Below are positions 39,999 through 50,287 of a stretch of DNA of 64,000 nucleotides, piece by piece; the stretch's first letter is position 1; each line of letters opens with the position of its first letter. The stretch covers positions 59,051 to 123,050 of the forward strand of contig CAVQDO010000011.1 of assembly GCA_963711255.1 (NCBI GenBank). The letters are read 5' to 3'. The DNA comes from an uncultured Gammaproteobacteria bacterium (GTDB lineage Bacteria; Pseudomonadota; Gammaproteobacteria; SZUA-229). The notes under the pieces were generated by a model. The model saw only the letters and a list, made by a program, of their open reading frames with translations, did not search any database and was not told the DNA's origin. A program made the translations under genes and the position numbers.

Positions 39999-40341
39999 TG
40001 GTACCGAGGGCCGGACAAATTTGTCTGGAACAAATTTGCATAGCGAACAAAGTGAGCTACCCCAACGGGGTGAATTACAGGGAAGTAATTCATAATCTTA
40101 CCGGGAACCGGTTCGGGCTCATGTTAAGCCTGAAGCTTTAACACGAGTGAATAAGCTAATAGATAAATATGGTACCGAGGGCCGGACAAATTTGTCTGGA
40201 ACAAATTTGCATAGCGAACAAAGTGAGCTAACCCCAACGGGGTGAATTACAGGGAAGTAATTCATAATCTTACCGGGAACCGGTTCGGGCTCATGTTAAG
40301 CCTGAAGCTTTAACACGAGTGAATAAGCTAATAGATAAATA
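39999..40341 (-). repeat. Two tandem tRNA-linked repeats (171 and 172 bp), each ending in the tRNA-Leu 3' 17 nt
   Basis: Units start at 39999 and 40170 with tggtaccgagggccgga and differ by a single base. Confidence 0.93.
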
Positions 40342-40428
40342 TGGTACCGAGGGCCGGAATCGAACCGGCACTTCCGTGAGGAAACCGGATTTTGAATCCG
40401 GCGCGTCTACCAGTTCCGCCACCCCGGC
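40342..40428 (-). tRNA. tRNA-Leu (CAA)
   Basis: GCCGGGGTGGCGGAACTGGTAGACGCGCCGGATTCAAAATCCGG...GGTTCGATTCCGGCCCTCGGTACCA; 87 nt, long variable arm, encoded CCA. Confidence 0.97.
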
Positions 40429-40483
40429 ATATCATGCAGCGCGCATTGTATCGGAAATAGCGCTTTGTTAATAGTCGTTGTGA

Positions 40484-40786
40484 CTAATTTGGAAAGACTT
40501 TTTTAAACGGTTTAACGGTTACATTGGCGTAAACGCCGGCCGCTACATACGGGTCGGTATCTGCCCAGCTTTTTGCAGCTTCCAGGCTTTCGAACTCTGC
40601 CACAACCAGGCTGCCGCTGAAACCGTTTTCGCCGGGATCTTCACTGTCGACAGCAGGGTGGGGGCCAGCCAGTATCAGGCGGCCTGCTTCCTGTAATGCG
40701 CTCAGGCGTTCTAAATGTTCAGGCCTGGCGGCAAGGCGGTCCTGCAGGCTGTTTGCTACGTCTTGTGCAATGATGGCGTATAACAT
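40484..40786 (-). CDS. yciI: YciI-family protein
   Basis: [29 protein letters not shown]. Confidence 0.93.
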   Translation of the reverse strand: MLYAIIAQDVANSLQDRLAARPEHLERLSALQEAGRLILAGPHPAVDSEDPGENGFSGSLVVAEFESLEAAKSWADTDPYVAAGVYANVTVKPFKKVFPN

Positions 40787-41448
40787 CAGGCATTGTCTCC
40801 ATTTTGATCGGCATTTTTATCTTTTACATCGTCTTCAGTAATGTGCTGTGACAGGTAGAGTGCCTGCAGAATAACAAAACCGATGGTCAGGCCCATAAGG
40901 CCGAATAGCTTGAAGTTTACCCAGGTGTCCATGCGTACATCTTCTGCTGCGCTCAGGTCGTAGTAGAAGGCAACATACAGGTTTGCCGCGCCGCTGATAA
41001 AAAAGAAGGTGACCCAGGACAGGTTAAGGGTTTTCCAGACATTTTCTGGTAATGAGATCTGGTCTTTCATCATGCGCTGGATAATGGGTTTTTCACCGAT
41101 GAACATACTGCCGAGAAAGACGAGGGCAAACAGCCAGTTTAATACCGTTGGTTTCCACTGAATAAATGCCGGGTTGCCGAGAAAGATGGTGATGCTGCCG
41201 AGTACGGTAATGAGCACCAGCGAGAAAATATGCATGCGTTCAAATTTACGCGTGTTGTACCAGTGGTAGGCAACCTGGATAAAACTCGCGATGATGGCAA
41301 CCGCGGTAGCGATAATAGTGGCATTAATAAAGTCCGGTTTGTCCGGGTTTATCAGCTGGCCGACAAAGGTGTTCTCGGTTAGAAAACTGGCCTGATAGTA
41401 GCTGACGAAAAAGAGAATAATTGGAAAGAAATCAAATAGTAACTTCAT
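40786..41448 (-). CDS. yciB: Inner-membrane protein YciB (IspZ)
   Basis: [30 protein letters not shown]. Confidence 0.93.
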   Translation of the reverse strand: MKLLFDFFPIILFFVSYYQASFLTENTFVGQLINPDKPDFINATIIATAVAIIASFIQVAYHWYNTRKFERMHIFSLVLITVLGSITIFLGNPAFIQWKPTVLNWLFALVFLGSMFIGEKPIIQRMMKDQISLPENVWKTLNLSWVTFFFISGAANLYVAFYYDLSAAEDVRMDTWVNFKLFGLMGLTIGFVILQALYLSQHITEDDVKDKNADQNGDNA

Positions 41449-41561
41449 GTTCTTAAAGTGGTTTGTTGTTATTGTTTGGGTTTGGTTATGCCGTGAGGAG
41501 GGCATTATACAGGACTTTTTTTGAGTGAGTTTTAAGATTTAGGTTTCATCTTACATGTTGT

Positions 41562-41632
41562 TGTCATTTCGAACGGGTGTGAGAAATCAATAAAACACAA
41601 CACAAGATATCTCACACCCGTTCGAGATGACA
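41562..41632. repeat. TGTCATTTCGA-type inverted repeat (REP/MITE-like)
   Basis: tgtcatttcgaacgggtgtgagaaatc...gatatctcacacccgttcgagatgaca; partial copy near 48586. Confidence 0.8.
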
Positions 41633-41817
41633 GGATAGTGTTTGATCAAAATGATGGATTAGACAGTCACTGATTAAAGGTGAGGCTTTTAATCGTGTGA
41701 CAGTGTAAAATTCGACTATTGATAGTAGCACCATTTGTATTTTGTACTTTAGGTACTGGCACGGAAGGTTTCTGCATATTTTACGTTTTTCACTTTTAAC
41801 TAATCATTGCTTTCAAG

Positions 41818-42435
41818 ATGAGCCAGTACTTCGAAATCCATCCCGACAATCCGCAGAAGCGCCTGATTAAGCAGGCGGTTGAAATCATACATAATGGCGG
41901 GGTAATTGTGTATCCGACGGATTCCAGTTATGCGCTGGGCTGCCATCTTGGTGATAAAAATGCGGTGACAAAGTTGCGCCGGATTCGGCAGATTGATGAC
42001 AAGCATAACTTAACGCTGGTTTGCCGGGATCTGTCTGAAATCTCCACCTACGCAAAAATAGAAAATTCTGATTATCGTTTGCTTAAATCTTTAACGCCCG
42101 GGCCCTATACTTTTATTCTTCCTGCTACCAGTGAAGTGCCGCGCCGGCTGATGCACCCCAAACGCCGTCACATTGGATTGCGAGTGATGGATCATCCGGT
42201 GGTTAACGAACTGCTGGAAGAGCTTGGCCAGCCCTTGATCACGTGTACCCTGGTGATGCCGGGTGAAGAGTTACCGGTGACGGATGCTGAAGATATTCGT
42301 TCTCAGCTGGAAAAACAGGTGGATTTGATTATTGACGGCGGCCATTGCGGTATTGAGCCGACAACGGTTATCCGCATGACCGGTGGCGCGCCGGAGGTTC
42401 GCCGCCAGGGCAAAGGCACGGATCATGGACTCTGA
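41818..42435 (+). CDS. yciO: YciO (Sua5/YrdC family)
   Basis: IHPDNPQKRLI, YPTDSSYALGC, PGPYTFIL. Confidence 0.93.
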   Translation: MSQYFEIHPDNPQKRLIKQAVEIIHNGGVIVYPTDSSYALGCHLGDKNAVTKLRRIRQIDDKHNLTLVCRDLSEISTYAKIENSDYRLLKSLTPGPYTFILPATSEVPRRLMHPKRRHIGLRVMDHPVVNELLEELGQPLITCTLVMPGEELPVTDAEDIRSQLEKQVDLIIDGGHCGIEPTTVIRMTGGAPEVRRQGKGTDHGL

Positions 42436-42565
42436 GAACAGGGTCTCTGAAAAGCCAGTTTAAAGTGCGCATTAATCATTCAGGATGATGTTTAGCATAG
42501 CCTCCATGCATGATGGTAATTCGTGTAAACTGCCGACAAATACTAATTACTTTTGCCTCTCTTAA

Positions 42566-43225
42566 ATGTCGTCACTTCCTGATTTTTTATACTCTCTGCT
42601 GGTTTGGGGAATCCCCGGGATATTTGCCATAACATTGCATGAAGTTTCTCATGGCTGGGTGGCGAGCCTGCTAGGGGATAATACTGCTAAAAGCCGCGGC
42701 CGACTGTCGGTTAACCCGCTGACTCATGTTGATCCTGTGGGCACTGTCGTGGTGCCGTTTCTGACGATATTTATGACCGGATATGGTTTTGGCTGGGCGA
42801 AACCGGTGCCGGTCGAACCGCGCTATTTTAAATCGCCAATGGTGGATATGGCGCTGGTAGCTGCAGCCGGGCCCATCGCTAACTTTTTTATGGCCTGCTT
42901 CTGGGCGACAATGATTGTCTTTGCCGGTGCTCTGCTCGACCCATCCAGCACCCAGTCTTTTCTGGTTGATATGGGCAGTAAGGGCATCCTGATCAATATT
43001 GTTTTACTGGTTATTAATTTACTGCCAATACCGCCACTTGATGGTGGCCGCGTGGTGGCTGGTGTGCTGCCGCCTTCATTAGCTACCCAGTTTATGAAGC
43101 TGGAACGGTTCGGTATGGTGATAATTATCGTATTAATGGTCAGCGGTATACTCGGTAAAATTTTATGGCCCACGGTACTGCATTTTGTCAAAATTATTGG
43201 CATGATGTTCGGACTGAATGGTTAA
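42566..43225 (+). CDS. Site-2 (M50) metalloprotease
   Basis: HEVSH, GWAKPVPV, AGPIAN, NLLPIPPLDGGR. Confidence 0.93.
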   Translation: MSSLPDFLYSLLVWGIPGIFAITLHEVSHGWVASLLGDNTAKSRGRLSVNPLTHVDPVGTVVVPFLTIFMTGYGFGWAKPVPVEPRYFKSPMVDMALVAAAGPIANFFMACFWATMIVFAGALLDPSSTQSFLVDMGSKGILINIVLLVINLLPIPPLDGGRVVAGVLPPSLATQFMKLERFGMVIIIVLMVSGILGKILWPTVLHFVKIIGMMFGLNG

Positions 43226-43298
43226 CCCCAACACACCATGACAATCAAATAATTACAACCAACAGTAACAATCTGCATTAACAAAAGGTAACAAAGGC

Positions 43299-44516
43299 TT
43301 GAATACAGTAGCAACGCAACATCAGCGAGTTTTATCCGGCATGCGTCCGACAGGGCGTTTGCATCTGGGGCATTACCACGGCGTGTTAAAAAACTGGGTG
43401 CAGTTACAGCATGAGTACGAGTGTTTCTTCTTTGTTGCCGACTGGCACGCGTTAACCACGCATTACGAAGATCCTTCGATTATCGAGCAAAGTGCCTGGG
43501 AAATGGTGGTGGACTGGCTGGCTGCGGGTATCAGTCCGGGTTCGGCCAAGTTATTTATGCAGTCTAAAGTGCCTGAGCACGCCGAGCTGTATACGCTACT
43601 GTCGATGATTACGCCGTTGAGCTGGCTGGAACGTGTGCCGACCTATAAAGATCAGCAGGAACAGCTAAAAGAGAAAGACCTGGCGACTTATGGTTTTCTT
43701 GGCTACCCGTTGTTACAGAGTGCCGATATCCTGGTTTACAAGGCCGGCATGGTGCCCGTGGGTGAAGACCAGGTGGCACATGTCGAGTTAACCCGTGAAG
43801 TGGCGCGGCGCTTTAATCATCTGTATGGCCGCGAGCCGGGTTTTGAGGAAAAGGCCGAGCAGGCGGCGGCAAAAATGGGCAAGAAAAATGCCCGCATGTT
43901 CTTCCAGTATCGAAAGGAATACCAGGAAAAGGGCGATACCGAGGCATTAAATGTAGCCCACGCTTTACTCGACTCGCAGCAGAATATTTCTATCGGCGAC
44001 AAAGAGCGCCTGTTTGGTTACCTGGAAGGCTCCGGCAAGATCATCCTGCCAGAACCGCAGGCACTGCTGACACCGGCGTCAAAAATGCCCGGGCTGGATG
44101 GGCAGAAAATGTCCAAGTCCTATAACAACACCATTGCACTGCGCGATGACACGGATACCGTGGCGAAAAAGCTGCGTACCATGCCGACGGATCCGGCGCG
44201 CGTCAGGCGTACTGATCCGGGTGATCCGGCGAAATGCCCGGTCTGGCAGTTCCACGAAGTTTATTCAAATGAAGATACCTGTGAATGGGTGCAGCAAGGC
44301 TGTAAGAGTGCATCAATAGGCTGTGTCGAATGCAAACAGCCAATCATTGATTCCGTACTGGCTGAACTGGCACCGATGCAGGAAAGGGCGAAAGATTACG
44401 AAGAGGATGTGGGCGCGGTGAAAGCCATCATCGAAGAGGGAAATGAGGCCGCAAGAGAGGTCGCTCGTGATACACTGGAAGACGTTCGAAAAGCGATGGG
44501 CATCGCTTACTTATAA
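43299..44516 (+). CDS. trpS: Tryptophan--tRNA ligase
   Basis: SGMRPTG, HLGH, YPLLQSADIL, KMSKS. Confidence 0.96.
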   Translation: MNTVATQHQRVLSGMRPTGRLHLGHYHGVLKNWVQLQHEYECFFFVADWHALTTHYEDPSIIEQSAWEMVVDWLAAGISPGSAKLFMQSKVPEHAELYTLLSMITPLSWLERVPTYKDQQEQLKEKDLATYGFLGYPLLQSADILVYKAGMVPVGEDQVAHVELTREVARRFNHLYGREPGFEEKAEQAAAKMGKKNARMFFQYRKEYQEKGDTEALNVAHALLDSQQNISIGDKERLFGYLEGSGKIILPEPQALLTPASKMPGLDGQKMSKSYNNTIALRDDTDTVAKKLRTMPTDPARVRRTDPGDPAKCPVWQFHEVYSNEDTCEWVQQGCKSASIGCVECKQPIIDSVLAELAPMQERAKDYEEDVGAVKAIIEEGNEAAREVARDTLEDVRKAMGIAYL

Positions 44517-44533
44517 CCGGATATTCAAATATT

Positions 44534-45541
44534 ATGGCAAACCCCGACATACAGGAAACCCAGCTGCACGAAGACCTGCAGCAACAGGAAAAAGAGCCGA
44601 ACGAAGATAAGCTGGCGGCTGCTAAAAAGCCGGCTGCTGAGCACGACCCTAACCAGGCTTCCGCACAAAGTGAAATGCCATTTGCCTTAATTCAGGGCGA
44701 ACCGTTAACCATCGTTCCGCAGGATCTGTACATTCCACCCGATGCACTGGAAGTCATCCTGGAAGCATTTGAAGGCCCGCTGGACTTGCTGCTGTACCTG
44801 ATCAAGCGGCAGAATATTGATATTCTGGACATCCCTCTGGAAGAAACTACCCGCCAGTACATGCATTACATCGATTTGATGCAAAACCTGAAAATTGAAC
44901 TGGCCTCGGAATATTTACTGATGGCTGCCATGCTGGCGGAAATAAAATCTCGCATGTTATTGCCAAGGCCGGCGGAAAGTGAAGAAGAAGATGATCCGCG
45001 TGCTGAACTGATACGTCGACTGCAGGAATATGAACGCTTTAAAACGGCGGCGCAGAATATTGATGAGATTCCACGACAGGGCCGTGATTTCTATTTAACC
45101 GATATCGAACCACCGGAAATTCAACAGGAAAGGCCGGTACCCGAAGTGGACCTTCGCGACATTCTGTTTGCCTTTAAAGATGCCATGGCACGTGCAGATA
45201 TGTATACGCACCATCATATCCAGCGCGAAGCGTTATCGGTTCGTGAACGTATGTCGAGTGTGCTGAGTTTGCTGAAGACCGACGGTTTTACCAGCTACAC
45301 CAGCCTGTTTACTATCGAAGAAGGCCGCCGCGGTGTTGTTGTTACCCTGCTGGCTATTCTTGAGCTGGTGAAAGAGCAGCTGATCGATTTAGTGCAGTCA
45401 GGTACCTTTGCACCTATTCATCTAAAGGCAGCAGGTTCTGATGGTATTGTAGCGCCGGATCGCATAATCCGAAGCAGTGCAAATGATGAGTATGACTCTA
45501 CTAATAATTCTAATAATGATGCTGGCAACGACGACAGGTAG
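44534..45541 (+). CDS. scpA: Segregation and condensation protein A
   Basis: FEGPLDLLLYLI, EYLLMAAMLAEIKSRMLLP, VVTLLAILEL. Confidence 0.95.
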   Translation: MANPDIQETQLHEDLQQQEKEPNEDKLAAAKKPAAEHDPNQASAQSEMPFALIQGEPLTIVPQDLYIPPDALEVILEAFEGPLDLLLYLIKRQNIDILDIPLEETTRQYMHYIDLMQNLKIELASEYLLMAAMLAEIKSRMLLPRPAESEEEDDPRAELIRRLQEYERFKTAAQNIDEIPRQGRDFYLTDIEPPEIQQERPVPEVDLRDILFAFKDAMARADMYTHHHIQREALSVRERMSSVLSLLKTDGFTSYTSLFTIEEGRRGVVVTLLAILELVKEQLIDLVQSGTFAPIHLKAAGSDGIVAPDRIIRSSANDEYDSTNNSNNDAGNDDR

Positions 45542-45569
45542 GCCGCAATAAGCAAGTAAAGAGCAAATT

Positions 45570-46464
45570 ATGGATACAGAAAAACTTAAAAAAATTCTCG
45601 AGGCAATTTTGCTTGCCAGCGATCGTATTTTAACGGCCAACCAGCTGGAAGTATTATTCGAGCTTGATGAGGAACGTCCGACACGTGATGAAATTCGCAA
45701 AGCACTGCATGAAATGGCAGACGATTATGAGAATCGCGGTTATGAACTAAAGCAGGTTGCCAGTGGATTTCGTTTACAGGTAAGGCAGGAATACGCTATC
45801 TGGGTAGGTCGTTTATGGGAAGAAAAGCCGGCGCGTTATACCCGTGCGCTACTGGAAACCATGGCACTGATTGCTTACCGCCAGCCAATTACACGTGGTG
45901 AAATCGAAGAAGTGCGCGGCGTCAGCGTTAGTTCAAATATTATTAAAACCCTGCTTGAACGTGACTGGATTAAAGTGCTGGGCCATAAAGACGTGCCTGG
46001 AAAACCAACACTGTATGGAACCACCAAAGAGTTCCTCGATTACTTTAACCTGAAAACACTGGACCAGCTGCCAACACTGGCCGAGATAAAAGACCTGGAC
46101 AGTATTCACCCTGAACTTGCACTGGATGAAAATCTTGATGCTGAAGATCAGAAAAATGCAGATGTTGCTGAATGATTCCGCGCGGCCCGATGATGAAATC
46201 GAAGACGTGTTAGCTGCAGCTGAACAGGATGATGCGGAAACAGAATCTGATTCTGAAATCGTGGCTGAAGAAAAGGTTGCTGAAGACGCAGTTACTGAAG
46301 AAATAGTTGCTGAAGAAACGGCAGCCAAAGAGCATGACACTGAAATCGAAGATGAGCTGGCTGAAACCACGGCTGAAGATGCCGGGATGGAAGGCGTAAT
46401 ATCTGATGAAGATGATGCCTCAGCTGATTCAGAAAAATCCGAAAAACAGGTTTTTAATGCTTAA
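45570..46464 (+). CDS. scpB: Segregation and condensation protein B; acidic tail separated by an apparent frameshift at ~46173
   Basis: LETMALIAYRQPITRGEIEEVRGV, PTLYGTTKEFLDYF. The acidic tail continues in the next frame to 46464. Confidence 0.9.
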
Positions 46465-46518
46465 GGTATTAAACCCTTACGCAGCAAAATCTGCTATCTC
46501 AATATTGAGTATTAAATC

Positions 46519-47484
46519 ATGACACAGGTGCCCGCTCAGGGTGAGCGTATTCAGAAAGCACTGGCACGAATGGGTTTTGGTTCGCGTCGTGAAATTGAGC
46601 GCCTGATCGGCGAAGAAAAAATACGTCTTAATGGCCAGCTGGCAAAAATCGGTGACCACGTAATAGTGGGTGATAAGGTTAACATCGGCAACCGCCGGGC
46701 CGTTATCAGCGGTGATGTGAATCGCATTCGTGTACTGCTTTATAACAAGCCCGAAGGCGAAATTTGCACCCGCAAAGATGAAGAAGGCCGTAAAACGGTT
46801 TTCGATAGTATCGGTACGCTAAGAGATGGTCGCTGGATCAGCGTCGGCCGGCTCGATATAAACTCCAGTGGCCTGTTACTGTTTACCAATTACGGCGAAC
46901 TGGCAAACCATTTAATGCATCCCTCCAGTGAAATTGAACGTGAGTATGCAGTCCGGGTGAACGGTGAAGTGACCAGTGACATCATCAAGAATTTACTGAA
47001 AGGTGTTGAGCTGGAAGACGGCCTGCTGAAATTTGATAAGATTGTTGATGCCGGCGGGCAGGGTGCCAACCACTGGTATCACGTCATCTTAAAAGAAGGC
47101 AAAAATCGCGAAGTGCGCAGGCTTTGGCAATCACAGGATATGCGGGTAAGCCGCTTAACCCGGGTTCGTTATGGCAACCTGGTATTACCGCGAGATTTAA
47201 AGGTCGGTAAAAAAGTCGAGCTGTCACTGGAAGAAATAAAGCAGCTGTTTGCCGATGTGAAACTCGAATGGCCTGAGTCACGTGACGAGATGACGAAGCA
47301 GCGAAGCGATAAAGCCAGAAGCCAGTCGATAAAACAGCAGCGTTTTGGTGATAAATCACAGGCAAAAAGTGGCAAAACTTCTCACTCGAATTCAGGTCAA
47401 ACACACAGGGCTGGCGCGAGAAAAGACACTCGCTCCACACAGTCAAAAAGAACTAACGCAAAGAAAGGCAGTAACCGGCATTAG
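46519..47484 (+). CDS. rluB: 23S rRNA pseudouridine synthase B
   Basis: S4 domain ERIQKALA...SRRE, GRLDINSSGLLL, EGKNREVRRL; follows scpB. Confidence 0.92.
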   Translation: MTQVPAQGERIQKALARMGFGSRREIERLIGEEKIRLNGQLAKIGDHVIVGDKVNIGNRRAVISGDVNRIRVLLYNKPEGEICTRKDEEGRKTVFDSIGTLRDGRWISVGRLDINSSGLLLFTNYGELANHLMHPSSEIEREYAVRVNGEVTSDIIKNLLKGVELEDGLLKFDKIVDAGGQGANHWYHVILKEGKNREVRRLWQSQDMRVSRLTRVRYGNLVLPRDLKVGKKVELSLEEIKQLFADVKLEWPESRDEMTKQRSDKARSQSIKQQRFGDKSQAKSGKTSHSNSGQTHRAGARKDTRSTQSKRTNAKKGSNRH

Positions 47485-47529
47485 TTCTAGCCTATGTTTT
47501 TAGCGAGGGCCATTTACATGAAACTGATA

Positions 47530-48571
47530 ATGCGTTTAAAACTTCTGTTTATTGTTATTTCGATGTGCGTAATCATTACGCCTGATGCTTTTGCCAGGTC
47601 AGAAGGTCAACTTTCTGCAGGTCATGGTTAACCCGGGTTATGAAGAGAAACCCTCATGGTTTAAAGTTTCCTTTCTTGATTTGTTTGAAGACATCGAAGA
47701 AGCCGCTGAAAATAATAAACGTGTCATGGTTTATTTCTACCAGGACGGCTGTCCTTACTGCAAGATACTGCTGCAGGATAATTTCAGTCAACTCGAAATA
47801 GCCGATAAAACGCAAAAATATTTTGATGTGGTGGCGATCAATCTCTGGGGTGACCAGGAAGTAACGGTCGGCGATAAAGTCTATAAAGAAAAAGATTTTG
47901 CCGAAGCATTAAAAGTTCAGTACACGCCAACCCTGTTGTTCTTTTCCGAAGATAAAAAAGTCGTATTCCGTGCTAATGGTTATTACCCGCCGGAAAAGTT
48001 TAGTGCGCTGCTGGACTATATTGGTGAAAAGCAGGAAAACAAAATCAGTTACCAGGCTTACATGGAAAAGCTCGATCCACAACCTGCTAGCGGACGTTTG
48101 CACGATGATATTAATAGCGTGAAATCTGCAGCTGATTTATCTCGCAATACTAATACGCAGGATAAACCGTTGCTGGTTATGTTCGAGCAAAAAAAATGCA
48201 GCAGCTGTGATGAGTTGCACCTGGATATTTTAAAACGCAAGGAGAGTATCGAGCTATTATCTGAATTTGATGTTGTGGTTCTGGATATGTGGTCTGATCA
48301 GGTTATCACTACGCCTGCTGGCGATAAATTAAAAATTCGCGACTGGGCAAAAAAACTCAACGTTAAATATGCACCCAGCCTGTTGTTTTTTGACGGGGCC
48401 GGTGAAGAAGTGTTTCGCGCTGATGCCTATTTAAAAGCTTTTCATACACAGACAGCGATGGATTATGTAGCGAACGGGGCCTACAGGACTCAGGCTAACT
48501 TCCAGCGTTTCGTTGATGCGCGTGCCGATCATCTTCGCGAGCAGGGAATAGAAGTCAACCTGATGGAATAG
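47530..48571 (+). CDS. SoxW-like tandem thioredoxin-fold periplasmic protein, apparent frameshift at ~47624
   Basis: QDGCPYC and QKKCSSC with YTPT/YAPS motifs. Signal peptide MRLKLLFIVISMCVIITPDAFA lies in the adjacent frame from 47530. Confidence 0.82.
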
Positions 48572-48732
48572 CCCGTCAATATTACTGTCATCTCGAGCAG
48601 CGGGTTTTTAATGTACTGAATGCTTTTTCGTCTTGCCATGAACACAAGGCAAAATAAACCTGAACCGAACCATAGTTATATATGTAAGAATTGATCGTTG
48701 TCACTTTCAGGCAATAAAACCAGGCGTTATAC

Positions 48733-49458
48733 GTGAATAATACCATTGCGACCATTCCTTTATTGAACCTGTTACTTGCATTTATACCTGTGCTGGTAAC
48801 CTTAGCTATTCTTTATAACTGGTCATTAAAAGCGGGCCATGCCAGTTATGCTGTATTGCGAATGCTGGTGCAGTTATTGCTGATTGGTTACTTTCTGACA
48901 TTCATATTTGAAAGTCATGATCCAGGAATTATTTTGATTATCCTGCTGATAATGGTGCTTGCTTCAAGCTGGATTGCACTGGGTACGGTTGCAAGTATGC
49001 GAATTCAGCTGTACAAAAATGCACTGGCAGCAATCGTACTTGGTGGTGGCATAACACTGCTATTAATTACCCAGCTTGTGCTGGAAGTGGATCCCTGGTA
49101 TTCACCGCAGACCATGATACCGATTGCCGGTATGATTTTTGCCAATTCCATGAACAGCGTCAGCCTGGCGGCTGAACGATTAAGTGCGGAGATGGATCGG
49201 AATGTATCCTACCTGGCTGCACGTAAAATTGCCTTGCAGTCTTCACTTATACCAGTAATCAATTCTCTTTTTGCCGTTGGCCTGGTTTCTTTGCCTGGCA
49301 TGATGACAGGGCAGATACTATCAGGCGTTTCACCATTAATTGCTGCCAGGTACCAGATAATGGTGATGTGCATGATTTTTGGTTCAGCCGGTATCGCTAC
49401 CGCAATATTCCTGGTGCTGGTAAAACCGCATTTTACAAAGACGGAAGCAGCGTTGTAA
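48733..49458 (+). CDS. UPF0014/FetB-like ABC permease
   Basis: RMLVQLLLIGY, IPIAGMIFANSMN, GLVSLPGMMTGQILSG, YQIMVM. Confidence 0.9.
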   Translation: MNNTIATIPLLNLLLAFIPVLVTLAILYNWSLKAGHASYAVLRMLVQLLLIGYFLTFIFESHDPGIILIILLIMVLASSWIALGTVASMRIQLYKNALAAIVLGGGITLLLITQLVLEVDPWYSPQTMIPIAGMIFANSMNSVSLAAERLSAEMDRNVSYLAARKIALQSSLIPVINSLFAVGLVSLPGMMTGQILSGVSPLIAARYQIMVMCMIFGSAGIATAIFLVLVKPHFTKTEAAL

Positions 49459-49481
49459 TAGACGACTAGTATTTCAAAGAG

Positions 49482-50222
49482 TTAGCCTGCCTGAGAAGAG
49501 AGTTCGTCCAGTTCGAAGATTCTACCGTGTGATGCGGCATTATTAATCGTGATGCTTTCTTCGCTCAATAAAAAGGCCGCAGCTTTGGCAACGGTATCCG
49601 GCCTGGTGAGCGTTTCCGGATTTTCACCGGGAAATGCGCGTGTTCTGAAGGCCGTGTGGACATCGCCTGGCAACAGCCCGGTGACATTGATTGAGCTGTT
49701 CTCCAGTTCATCGGCGAGTATCTGCATGAAGCTGCTCAGGCCAGCCTTGGAAACACCATAAGCTCCCCAGTAAGCCGTATTTTTATTGTCCAGGTTAAAG
49801 ACAATGCTGCTATTGCTGTCATGCTTGAGCAGTGGAATGCACGCCTGTGTCAGCATAAACGTTGCATTGAGGTTAATTTGCATGACACGGTGCCATAGCT
49901 GCTGGTCGTATTGCTGTATGGGTGAGGAGGCGCCATGCCAGCCGGCGTTATTAAACAGGGCATCGAGTTTGCCAAATTCTTTTGTGATGACGTCGTTTAA
50001 GGTTTCACAGTCTTGCGGTGTCATTTTTTCAAAATCCAGCGGGTAAATAACCGGTTCGGTATAGCCAGCATCGACAATTTCGTCATATAGCACTTCAAGC
50101 TTTGGCGTCTGTTTACCATGGATAATAACGGTTGCACCCCGTTTAGCACATTCGATGGCAGTGGCTTTACCAATACCATCACTGGCACCTGTGATTAAAA
50201 TTGTTTTATCTGTTAATTGCAT
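49482..50222 (-). CDS. yciK: YciK-family short-chain oxidoreductase
   Basis: TGASDGIG, NNAG, AYWGAYGVSK, RTRAFPGE. Confidence 0.88.
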   Translation of the reverse strand: MQLTDKTILITGASDGIGKATAIECAKRGATVIIHGKQTPKLEVLYDEIVDAGYTEPVIYPLDFEKMTPQDCETLNDVITKEFGKLDALFNNAGWHGASSPIQQYDQQLWHRVMQINLNATFMLTQACIPLLKHDSNSSIVFNLDNKNTAYWGAYGVSKAGLSSFMQILADELENSSINVTGLLPGDVHTAFRTRAFPGENPETLTRPDTVAKAAAFLLSEESITINNAASHGRIFELDELSSQAG

Positions 50223-50287
50223 AATCTGTCTGTAAGCATAAGATACGGGGTTATCAAAACCGCTATTTTACCCATTCCTGAGCTACT

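Noticed and set aside
39999-40358. Three regularly spaced 17-bp repeats as a CRISPR array
   Set aside because: The intervening ~154-bp sequences are identical rather than unique spacers, the repeat is the tRNA 3' end, and there are no cas genes.
41757-41780. Sigma-54 promoter (tggcacg...tgc); similar motif on the minus strand near 9417-9432
   Set aside because: The GG-to-GC spacing is not the required 10 nt in either case.
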